NCBI RefSeq assembly: GCF_000181795.1 | Contig: NW_003526944.1 | Span: 186,001 to 250,000 of the forward strand | Length of the DNA: 64,000 bases | Reading direction: 5' to 3' | Origin: Trichinella spiralis | Lineage: Eukaryota | In this document: piece by piece, positions 40,016 through 51,590 of the stretch | Numbering within the stretch: position 1 is the first letter of the stretch | Layout: each line of letters opens with the position of its first letter | Made by a program: the position numbers and the translations under genes | The notes under the pieces: generated by a model | What the model was told of the DNA's origin: nothing | The model's input: only the letters and a program-made list of their open reading frames with translations | The model's database searches: none

Positions 40016-43000
40016 CTAAACGGTTGGCCCCGCATTCAGTGGAGACTCGTACTGTAAGTCTTTGCGACGTTCGCGTAAAGAGGGTATTTTTTCTTGATTT
40101 GATATTGTTTCCAGTGAATCAGCCGACGCTGGCACGGACCCTCTGCCATCATTCAAACTTGGATCCTGATTAACAACAGCAACACCACAAGATGAATTTG
40201 AAACAGCAGCGGCATCAGCATCAGCAATAACATCAGCAGCAGCAGTTGCTGCAGCAGTAGTAGTAGTAGGGGTGGTGGTGGTGCTGACGGTAGGAGTAGT
40301 AGACGGTGGGGCAGCCGCAGCGAAGCGTTTCAGTCTTGGATCCGAAGGTCCATTTTTGTTGATCGGATCGATGATGCGTCCTTTCGCGTGTGGACGAGGC
40401 GGTTGCACCATGACGTTCATTCGAGATTGAGGTGGTCGCTGTCGGACAGGTCCGTCACCGACGTACAGCAAACCATGAGGCCGATAGCGTGAAACACCGC
40501 CAGCATAACCTCCGCCGGATGGCATCGGACCACCACCGTACGGCCCGTTGTGTGCGTAAGCATGACGCGGACCCATCATGTCCGGACGTGGACAAAAAGC
40601 GGGACCGTTGAGCTGAGCTGGCGGCGGTGCGGCCATGTACGGATCGAACATATCGTTCGAACCGTTGTACCTGGGTGGCATGTCCGGATAAGCCATTGGA
40701 TTCACCATTTCCGGTTCCATTGGCATCGGCTGACCACCGTGGCCGTAACCATAATTTCGGATCGGATCCGGAAAGCAAGCCATACGAACGTTGCTGGCGG
40801 AATCGTACGGCAGTATTGCATTGGACATCGGCATCTCTGGCGGCACAGATCCAGAGCCCGCGCCTGGGCCGCCGGGTTGCGTTTTGATCCTCGGATCACG
40901 AGGTCGAGCGTCAACTGTTCCCAGAACAACCGCCGATGACGGTGAAGATCGACCACTCTTGGTCGATGATGTCGGATCGGTCACATCCTGAGCAGAAGTA
41001 GCATCAACTGATTCGCGTACGTTGTTAGCAGAAGGACTGGCTGCCACAATTGCAGGAGTCGGGTTATCCAACGGTTTCGAACCAGTGAACAAGTCCGAAA
41101 CAGCATCAAACTGGTTTGCAAGGTACTTTTTCACACGTGGATCTGCCCGAAGCTTGACGTCTTTCAACGATATGACCATTGTCGGATCTCGAACTTTATT
41201 TTCACGCTTAACATCTCCAAGCAACTGCAACTTGAAATCAACCAAAAGAACTGTCTGCGGAACCAAAACCCACTGCTTCATTGGTTCTGGACTAGCCGGT
41301 GAGTCTGAAATTTCAACATATATATATATATATATATATATATTACAAATGTTAATAATGTTTCGTCAGTATTGAAAATCAAGAAGTTTAAATGAACTGG
41401 TATATTAAAAAAAACGCACATTATTTATTATTACCTTGTATTTTATCGGCACCTTTGACTTGTGACTTTATCTCACGAAGCATAGCGATGATATTAATTT
41501 TCGCAGTCGGGACCGCCGCCGCTTTGGATGTACCAGTTTCATCGTGTTCTTTCTCTTTACGCATTTCCACATCGTCAATTAGCGATCCTGTTTGAGCTTC
41601 AGCCATGAAATTTTCACTTTTTATGTTCGGCGTTTCCAACAAAGGTTCTTGGGAAATTCTCGAATATTCTCTTTCCATGCTGGAAAAAGAGACTGATCAT
41701 GTAGTAAATGGAAAGTGCATCAGCTAGCGGAAAGCATACTTGGCATAGGGAAAAGAGATACCATCATCGTGAGACATTGCATATGAAGAAGGTTGATCAC
41801 AGTTGCCAGCAGCCATTTCACGCGGTGGTGAAGGAAGCAGACCCGTTCCAGTGTATGGCGTCGGAAGCATAGCCTGTTTCGGAGGATCGTTCAACAGCAC
41901 CTTGCGTCGTGTTGGCAATTCCAATTGCACTGAAGCTATTTTCGATCCCAGCGGTGGAACGTGTTGTTCCTCAAGTGGAACCTGAAAATACCGAACAAAT
42001 AACACATGCAAAAAAGAAATCAAAGAAGCGTAAAGTCAGATTTCAAAATGTTACTGTCCACTTACGGATTTTGCAAATTCAGAATTGACCCCCCTGTCTG
42101 CGTTGATAGCATGTGAATAGCGGCATCGTTCCCCTTTGCGGCAATCTCCGATTGGGAAAAATTTGCACGGTAAATCATTGTGCATGTAGGGGCATTTGCG
42201 ACCGTTTCGACAGTAACCCGACGCGAAGTACTTGCACAATTCCTTTCGCTTGTTCTGAGAAGTTGCGGCGGCCGAAGGTGACCGCTTGGCGGTCGTGGCA
42301 GGTGAAACGTGTGAATATGGACAACGATCACCCTTGAAACAGCAAAGGGAAATTCACCGACTATTATTATATTCAGTGTAAAATTCACCCACTCATACCT
42401 CACGACAGAAGCCTTCTTTGAAAAAGCGGCAAAGCGTACGATCACGACGATCACCACGTTCCCGTGCAGTACCTGCTGCTGCTGCTGCTGCTTGTGGTAG
42501 TGGTGCTTGTGGTGGTGGTGCTGGTGGTGGTGGTGATTTGGAAGAACGACGTTTCGCGCGTCCAGTGCGAACCAAGCCCCCAGCGTTTTGTTCTTGCTTG
42601 GGACGTTCTTCGCCGCTGCGGCTGTCGTTCTCAGAACGCGTGGGCGACATGCTGGTACGTTTACGCTTGGGGCGTGGACTGCGACATCCCCCTGGACCTC
42701 CTTTGCCGTGGCGTAGTTTTTTCGCTCGAGATCGTTCGTCGACACGCTTTCTGTTGGATCTTGATCTTGGACCCCTTTCCGCCGCCAGTGGCTGCTGTGG
42801 ACCGCGTTCTTCCGATTTACTGAAAAACCAGGCACCATTCATTAATCGACTATTAGTACACCCACTGTGTGAAAAGTAGCCACTCACATTGTCGTCGAAC
42901 CGCTAATCTGTTCCAGTGAAGAAGTCGACGTTACTGTTGTCTCGCCGTAATATTCGTCGTTTGGGTCGAAGAAAGGCGAATCGCAATTTGCCAACATCGT

Positions 43001-43652
43001 CGCATCGTCTGCCAATTTTGATGATGTTTCAGCGTTCTTGGCACCCTTTGCCTTTGCCCAGTTGTTCAACATGTCAGCAGAATTTTCGTTCTGAATTATT
43101 GTAAACGAACGTCGAAAAACATTCAAATTCAACAGTCCACACAATTCAGCAAATTTTTCAGAAATGACAAACAACTTACGCAATCCAGATCCATGTAGAA
43201 ATTGTTTCCCGACTGAAAAGACTTCACAGTCGATGAAGGGACCTCCTTGGTCTTCTTAATTGTTCTGGTATATTCAACGGCAGCTGATGATTTGGACCCA
43301 TTGTATGCTTTGCCTGCATACCAGTCGAGAGCGTCTTTGCTCGGCTCGACCACTTCGCCCAATTCGTCCTGTGAATGACCGGTCAACTTAGCCACCAGCT
43401 CATCTCGTTTCTGAAAACAACGATCAGCAAAAGATGTACTGTAAAAATGGTTGTCACAAAACATATTTGGTAAAAAAAGAAATTCACCCTTTTCAAAGAA
43501 GCATCAAATTCCGACTTGTTCGTTATACAGATCACACTGTCGCTGGAATCACTTGAATTTCCACTTTGGTTCACTTCGGGATTTGGGAAAAGAATATCAT
43601 CGTCTGTAATTTCGCCTTCTTCAAGCAGTTCGCCTTCTTCCATTTGGCTCAT
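40016..43652 (-). CDS. CCCH zinc-finger protein, ZC3H4/ZC3H6/Su(s)-like, multi-exon
   Basis: N-terminal EEGELLEEGEITDDD; three tandem CCCH fingers (LCRFFKEGFCREGDRCPYSH; LCKYFASGYCRNGRKCPYMH; PCKFFPIGDCRKGERCRYSH); Pro/Gly/Met-rich region; repeated DPR motifs (ADPRV, RDPRI, SDPRL). Confidence 0.85.
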
Positions 43653-45128
43653 TTCATCAATCTAGAATAGTTCATGAATTCGCGTGAATTTCATCAATCA
43701 TACAGTACAATACAGTCACGCGAGTTTAGTCAGCTGACTTGAAGTTTTCAACGTTCGTACAAAACAAAATGACACGGCCAAAAATGAATAAATAATACAA
43801 AATATTATCATGAAAAATGTGACAAACTTAAATCGTCAAGTCACCATCACGAAAGTCAACTTCACCAACGCCAAACCACACTTCACTCTGGTGAAAGGTA
43901 TACAGTATCAAAAAAACACCGAACCTGTATTCCATTTAGTAAAATTTTTCTAAGAAATATTTAAAAAAATACTTTCCCCAAATATTCATCACGTTTAGAG
44001 TGAAATAATTTCAATTTATTCACTTATATTTGATCATTTCAACATTATAAGTAACAAAAGTAACGCAACGTTTTTTAAATACAAAAAATTAATAAAATAT
44101 TACCATAAATAGAAAATACAAATTGGAAAAAATTCTAAAATTACAAATCAAAGTGAGTAACAAAGCAAAGTAATTTAGTACGCAAAAGAGGAGCAAACGA
44201 CAAGTAACAACTTTTCTTGCGAACCGTAATATTATACTGAACGCTTTTTAAAATTTCAAAATGTGCCAAATATTACATATTACATGAATTAGAAATTAAT
44301 TAAAAATTTAATTTATGCACTGACAAGGTAGCATTTGGCATTGAAAATAAATAATAATTGCGCCAGACTTTGAAAACTACTTCATAATGAAATACAAAAT
44401 CTAAGCATCACTGTTCACATGTAATGCAAGATTACTTAAGTTCACAAAAAAGTCAAACGTTTTCATAAATTGTACATAGAGAATGGCAAATTACAAATGA
44501 AGCGCTAATTCATGAGAGAAAAATTCAAATTCAAATGCCAGTCAACTGTCGTTTCGTCCCAACAGTATAGAATAATAAATCCATAAATTTTCATTTTTCT
44601 CATTTCAATTCAAAACTGTTAATGAATTATCGATTAGTTTCACTTGGTACGTATTGAAATGCAAAAACTATGAACAAATCTCCCGCTTACAGTACTCAAT
44701 GTATCAAAAATATACCTACTTATAACAATGTACTGTATTAAAAGCTGTAATACATAAAAAAATTTGTATCCATGCACCTGGCAACATTCATTTATGTAAA
44801 ACAATGTCCAGATATCGAAGAATCTGAAATGAAAGAAACACATTTGCTTTCTTTGCATGGATAATGCTTCAGCATCTTCTAATCGAAGCTTACTGGTAAG
44901 CAAATGGAAAATTTTTTACATTTTTTGCATGTGGTACCAGTCATATCTCATAAATCTAACCATGGCATCAAAAGTTTTCAACTTCAACCTTAACAAAAAA
45001 GGAATAAGTAATACTTGCAAGCTGATTTGAAATCAACATTTGAAAACGTCTACATTCCATCATATCGATTATCTAAAGATAAGTTCTAAATGAATGAACG
45101 AATAAACTAATATATAAAATATAAAGAA

Positions 45129-45156
<28 letters not shown>
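45129..45156. repeat. (AT)n microsatellite
   Basis: Uninterrupted AT run. Confidence 0.9.
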
Positions 45157-45159
<3 letters not shown>

Positions 45160-47305
45160 GATATAGACATGATAAATAGATATTGGTGACTCTAAAAATA
45201 AAATAACATTGAAGTATCGTTAACTGATGATAACAGTTGATAGTAATAAGAAAGAAATAATCTAAGTAAAGAATTCAACAGTTGCAGTCATAAATGAATA
45301 TTACCTATTTTTTTGCTCTACAACTAGAAGAGGGAAATGTACATTTGAGTTGTCGCTTTTAATCTGAAAAATAAGTAATCTGTTCGTTTCGGTTTTTCAT
45401 AAGTCTTTTCTTGTAATTTGCATTACAGCTTTAAAAAATCGGTCTGAAAAAATTATTCTCAAGTGAATACCATCTACATGTAGCAGAATTGTACTAAGAC
45501 TATTGTTAAAATGTTAAAATCATAAATTGAAGTGTCTACTGCGATTTCAGTGGTTTCAGTATAGTGCACTGAGCTGAAGTTTACACGTGTACGAATTCTG
45601 TGTATTTCTGTTTTTGTCAGTAATTAATCTAAGCCGTCCAGAAGTCATGTTGTCTTATGCTAATTACCTTTGAATAAATAAATTGAAAGCATTCATTCAA
45701 CGTGATGATAAATTTTAGCATTTCATTTTAACTGCACTGAAATCTGCGCGAAGTTGTACGCGTAAATAACATAGCTAATGGAAAACAGTTTCTACTAGCT
45801 ATATTATTTAGTAACATATCGAAATTAACTGTTGAATACGATAATTTCAACAACGTCGGTATAGTATTATTACCTGAAAATCGCGTTTTTCAGTAAACAA
45901 AGAATACGGTAGTAATTTTATCTTAATATTGAAAAATTCGGCTATACTATCGGGTTTATCAAGCATATTTCCGAAAACAAAAAATAAATCAAAACAAAAA
46001 TGCAGTAAATTTGCTTAAACTACGAAATTAGACTTGACAATCATGATAATGCTAGTATTACTGTTTCGATCGAACGACAAATTCTCACAACGTGATATGT
46101 GAATATCCGCTTAATGTTGTAATATATAGTGGGAGAGTTGAAGAAAAACACATCCGTAACGCATTTTTTAACGGACCCTGGCACTTGTTAAACTTTTATA
46201 ACTATGCTGATGAAAAGAGAAAAAAAGTAAATGCTAACACTATTGAGAAAAGCAGAAATGTGTCATTATCGTGACGTCAGAACAAATACGCATCAACAAC
46301 CGAAATCGATTTCTGCTGCATCTGATGGAAAATAACGCGAACATAACAACTATTATCTTGGACAATGATCAATAATTCTATTATTAAATACATCTCTAGT
46401 TAATTTTCTCGAAATAAAGGTTATAAAAATGAAATTTTCCCTGCTGCAATCATATCAGAAACAGGGAAAAAAACAGTAATGTATGTCCATTTTCAAAACG
46501 TTTCATTTTGTAGAAAATAAAGAAGAAAATAAGAAAATATTGAATGATTTTCTATTGATTGCTGATGATACTAGATAATATAAAACTTTCTCATCATTAA
46601 ATATTTGGTTAATAGAAACTGTGATAAATGAGATTACTTTTCGTTCATCATTGTGTCAATATTGCTATTTAAGAAAAGAGAAAACGTTTTACATTATATT
46701 TTTAAAAAAATTATAAAGTAGAATCTACAGGCACACACACACACACAAACCAATCCTATACATACATACATACATACATGCACGACATATACATACATCT
46801 GTGTATGTTGTATGTCTGATGTATGTTATGTGTATAAATAAATATAAATAAATATATAGTTTTTTTTTCAAGAGAAGAAAAATCGATTTACGCCTTTTGG
46901 CTTTTGATTACAGATTTAGAGAAACGAGTTCACAATCACCTGTGTAGCGTCAGCGGAGCGCCGTATAAATCTTGTGCGCACGTTGGCGCAGCAATTCGAT
47001 TTCAGGCGCCCAGACTTGGTTGTGTTGTGTCTGTATTCTCCTTCTGTGCTGGACGTTGAAATTTTAAAATACAGTCAGCATTGTGACTGTGATTTTTTTT
47101 GTATATTATATATTATATATATTTATATATTTATATTCGCGAGTTCATTTAGAACCGTGAACTAAAACTCACTGTTTTGCCAAAGCATAAGAAAATTGTT
47201 GATCAATACTTGACTATAGAGAATATCTTTGTCGATCCAGTAATCATCATCATCATCACAGAGAACTGTTTTACCGTTGGATATAGAGGTACTAAATGAG
47301 TGCTA

Positions 47306-47394
47306 AGAGAATGAGAGAGATTGAGATTGAGAGAGAGAATGAGAGAGAGAGAGAGATAGAGAATGAAAGAGGAGGCAGAGAGAGAGAGAGAGAG
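47306..47394. repeat. GA-rich polypurine tract
   Basis: Imperfect (GA)n runs. Confidence 0.85.
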
Positions 47395-47842
47395 CGAATA
47401 ATCGAGACATGGAAGAGATAATATGCAGTAGAGCGACGGCGAATAAAAATAAATATTGCCATCGCAGCAGCAGTAGTTGTAGACTACACGTCGCACACAC
47501 ACACAAATAAATGCTCGTTGGCTGTGTGTTTATGCGTGGCACATGACGAATCGATTTATCGAGAAGCAACGTCTGTGAAGTGAATGCCGTGCACTATTTG
47601 GCGTGCAACTGGCCTTGGCAGAACACAAGCTTTTTTCCTCTTTTATTTCCTTCTTTTCTGCCTCTTTATATTATTAATTTCATTCATTCAATCATTCATT
47701 CATTCATTCTTTCTTTCCTTCTCTCTCTCTCTCGTTCCCTCTTTCTCACTTCTTTTCTACTCTTCAACTCTGCTACACTCATTTAGTTGATCAAAAATGA
47801 GTTAATTTCAAAAAATCAGCAAAACTGAAACACAACATGCAA

Positions 47843-47844
<2 letters not shown>

Positions 47845-47877
<33 letters not shown>

Positions 47878-47941
47878 GTAGTAATAGTAGTAGTAGCAAT
47901 AGCATCAGAATCAGCATCAGCGGCAGCAGCAGCAGCAGCAG
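47845..47941. repeat. CAG/TAG trinucleotide low-complexity tract
   Basis: Runs of gcagca, gtagta and gcatca. Confidence 0.75.
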
Positions 47942-49699
47942 TGATGATAATACTGAGCAGCATCGACATTAAATACGAACAAGAAATGTCAGAAAAATGA
48001 ATAGAAAATGCGCGACAGGCGCTCAATCTGGTTCACGAAACTGGGACGCCAACAGCGCCGAACTTCTCTCTCATTGTTTGAACTTATTCATTGCCAATAA
48101 ACAAATATTTGCCCAAATTTCAATTTTCATACTCGTCATACAAAATTAAATAACACACAATTCTATTCTCAACTTCTTTTCTCTCACTTCACTTGTATCA
48201 AAGTTACAAAATCAATTAAACAAGCAACAACAACAACAACAACAACATAATAGTTATAATAATAAAACGATAAATGTAAATAAACCGTAACTTTATAAAA
48301 TTTAAAAAGCACTTACAAAAATGGTTGTTTTTTTCCCGTTGTTATTACAATTTTATCATACAGAAATCCGCTTACATTATTACTGTGGTGCTTTAAGGTT
48401 GTTTTTACAACTTGTATTATTCGACATTCATTCAATGAGAAAAATTTTTTCGCTAATGTGAGAAAACGAAGACTTGACCTTCTTGGTGGACAAGTCATTT
48501 GTTACCGCTGTTTTCTAACGAAGCAACAGGCGAATTCTTCAAATCTGTCAACGCTGCTTTATCAATATATATATATATTTTTTCAAAAAAATTTTCCACA
48601 TATCACAAATCACAGCTACACAATCCAACATCCGCTTTGTGAAGCGTGAAAAAAACAACCAATACCGTATTCGAATATTGAATACAGGTACTTCTTGTGT
48701 TCAAGGTCACGCTGTGGCAGATTGCGAATTCAAAAATTCACTGTAACAATCTGTGCTGACTGTAACTTTTTTTCCCCGTCAAATTCGACGCAATCTTGAA
48801 ATTTAAACTTTACACGCACAATTTTTCACTTTTCTCATCAAAATCGACAAATTTTTTTCTTTTTATTTTTCATAAATAACATACCATTTGAAACTGAACT
48901 GCCTGTTGTTGTACTGTTACAGTAACAGAGTGACATGTCTTTCCATGTTTACTTTATTTCCAGGCAAAAAAAATTTGCATACACGTGCCATATCAAATGT
49001 AATTATTGATTACTCGCTGTGTTGGTTTTGCAACATTGTTTCAATAGCTACCTATTTATAAGCTTTGAGAAGAAGAAACAGTGCGAACTAATTAATTGCG
49101 TTATGCATATGCGAGCAAACTGCAAACGAATATTGTACTCATTTCGTGATACTGATTAATTTGAACATAATTTAAAATTGAACAGAATTTTCTGCTTATG
49201 TAACACTTTTTTTATTGACAGAAATTCATAGCCTGTTTTACATGTTATTTTGATATTTTTAGTACACTTTCACTTAACAGCAAATTGAACCGTTTTTGAA
49301 ATAATGTTTCACTTTCAAGTATCCATCTTTTGATTGATTGAGTCATTGTCTAGAATTTATTGGTCAGACAATTTTAGCTTAAACGTCAATCACGTTTGGC
49401 ATCATACCTATCTATCGCATTTGTCATAAATATTATTTATAAATTAAAATTATCATTTATATTGCATAATTATAATATTTAAATATCACAAAGAACAAGG
49501 AGTTTTGAAAAATACAAACCACATTACTGTAGTATTGTTATTGAAACGGTGTACGATACAATTTGTAAACCGTAACTGTATTTTTTTGTGATCATAAACT
49601 CAACCGGTACTAATAAATATGAAATGAATTAACGAGTGTATAAATTTTTTAAATATATATGATAAAATATTGATATGTACGATTTTTTAGGAATTTTTA

Positions 49700-51250
49700 A
49701 TGTTCTGTTGTCACAGCGTTCGAAAATCAGCGAGAATACGTTTGTTACTTCTTTGTGGAGATGCTCAAAGACGGTATGCTAGCAATAGTGTGAGAGTTCG
49801 TTTCGCGCCAAGTCCTACAGGGTTTTTGCATTTCGGTGGTCTGAGAACTGCTTTATTCAACTATTTTTTTGCTAAACAGCGTGATGGAGTGTTCGTTTTG
49901 AGAATTGAGGATACAGATCGTCGTAGAATAGTGAATGGTTCTGTACAGAATTTGTTATCTGTTTTGCATTGCTTGAAAATCGCACCGGACGAAGGGCCAG
50001 CCAACGGAGGACCATATGGGCCATATGTCCAGTCGGAACGTATCCCACTCTACCAAGCGGCCGCTGAGCAGCTTATTGCCGAAAGAAAAGCCTATCGTTG
50101 CTTTTGTTCAGAACAGAGAATTTCCATTTTGAGAAAGGAGATGGCTCGTTTGCATCATCGGAAAAATTACGATAATTTCTGTAGAAAGCTGTCCGTGGAA
50201 GAGGCAAATCAGCGGATGCGAAATGGAGAAAAATTCGTCGTGCGATTTTTCCAGAAGTCGCGCAGCTATTCGTTGAATGATCTCGTCTATGGCCAGTACA
50301 CCACTAATGTATCCGAGGAGGATGGTGATCCGGTGATCATCAAATCGGACCAATATCCGACTTATCATTTCGCCAACGTGGTCGACGATCATCTGATGCG
50401 CATAAGTCATGTACTGAGAGGAGAGGAGTGGCTCACCTCGTTAAGTAAGCATTTGCAAATTTATGAAGCGTTCAACTGGGAACCGCCACAGTTCGGTCAT
50501 CTACCGGTTATGCTAGACATGGACGGTTCGAAATTGTCAAAACGTGACTTGTCGGTTCACGTGGATCATTTCTTAGCGTCCGGTTATCATCCAGATGCGT
50601 TAATTAATTTTGTTTGCTTTGCGGGTGGTGGATTCGGTGATTTGAAAAATGCAGACATGTTGTACAGTACGAAACAATTGATTCGCATGTTCAACTTGAA
50701 TATGGTACAACGTCGTCGAACGAAATTAGATGTACAATGGTTGAAACGGTTTAATCGAGAAGCCATTCGTCGACAAAGTGAAGATGCGTTGTTGGAACAA
50801 CTTCTCAAGCTCATCGACCGTGAAATACCAGCTGAACACCGCATAGAATATGACGACAATTATTTCAGATCTGTCTTGAGACATTTTCGACCGCATATAG
50901 ATTCCTTGTCTGATCTGTTGCTTAGCGAAAACAGATATCTGTGGAGCTGGCCTAATCAAGTGCATTCAAAATTGACAATAGCCAACAATCAATGGTTACT
51001 GTTTCTCGACCAGGTTATAAATCAACTTGATGCTTTGCCAGAGGATCACTTCATGGAAAATGCAGTAGCGTTGCATCTGTTGAACTGTGCAAAACACAGT
51101 CAGCTACAATCGAAAAAAGCGATGCAGTTTTTGCGCCATACTCTAACAGGTGCTGACAAAGGCTTGCCAATAGCTGAAATACTGGTTCTTTTTGGGAAAA
51201 CTTATTCACTGCAACGGCTCCGGCGTATCAGAGAACAGTCAACAATTTAA
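49700..51250 (+). CDS. EARS2: Mitochondrial non-discriminating glutamyl-tRNA synthetase, intronless
   Basis: Arg-rich presequence, VRVRFAPSPTGFLHFGGLRTALFN (HIGH-type), LRIEDTD, GPYVQSER, YPTYHFANVVDDHLMRISHVLRGEEW, KLSKR. Confidence 0.96.
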   Translation: MFCCHSVRKSARIRLLLLCGDAQRRYASNSVRVRFAPSPTGFLHFGGLRTALFNYFFAKQRDGVFVLRIEDTDRRRIVNGSVQNLLSVLHCLKIAPDEGPANGGPYGPYVQSERIPLYQAAAEQLIAERKAYRCFCSEQRISILRKEMARLHHRKNYDNFCRKLSVEEANQRMRNGEKFVVRFFQKSRSYSLNDLVYGQYTTNVSEEDGDPVIIKSDQYPTYHFANVVDDHLMRISHVLRGEEWLTSLSKHLQIYEAFNWEPPQFGHLPVMLDMDGSKLSKRDLSVHVDHFLASGYHPDALINFVCFAGGGFGDLKNADMLYSTKQLIRMFNLNMVQRRRTKLDVQWLKRFNREAIRRQSEDALLEQLLKLIDREIPAEHRIEYDDNYFRSVLRHFRPHIDSLSDLLLSENRYLWSWPNQVHSKLTIANNQWLLFLDQVINQLDALPEDHFMENAVALHLLNCAKHSQLQSKKAMQFLRHTLTGADKGLPIAEILVLFGKTYSLQRLRRIREQSTI

Positions 51251-51590
51251 ATAGAAATCAGTTTCATTTATTCATTTTGTTCGACACAAAATTCATAACT
51301 GTACAGTATTATTCAAAAATTAGAAAACGTCAAAAGAGAGAGGAAAAAACGTGAAATCAGTTGGCAGAAAAGCTATTACTTTTCTTGTTAAGAAATGAGG
51401 TATTACATTGTGAAACACATCTGATTTTTGGAATTGTTAAACAGAAGACACGGGAACGAGTAAAGGAAATCCTAAGGCTAGCAAGCGAACGATCAACAAT
51501 CAATAAAGAGCAATGATAACATACATGGAAGAATAGCTTAAAAGTTATTCATCTTCCATGTCGTCCCATCATCGACTGACAAAAATATAT

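Noticed and set aside
37510..42879. Long antisense or alternate-frame ORFs over CDC37 and ZC3H4 (also over the PAN, GNAT and EARS2 genes)
   Set aside because: Shadow ORFs of real coding exons, low-complexity and with no family motifs.
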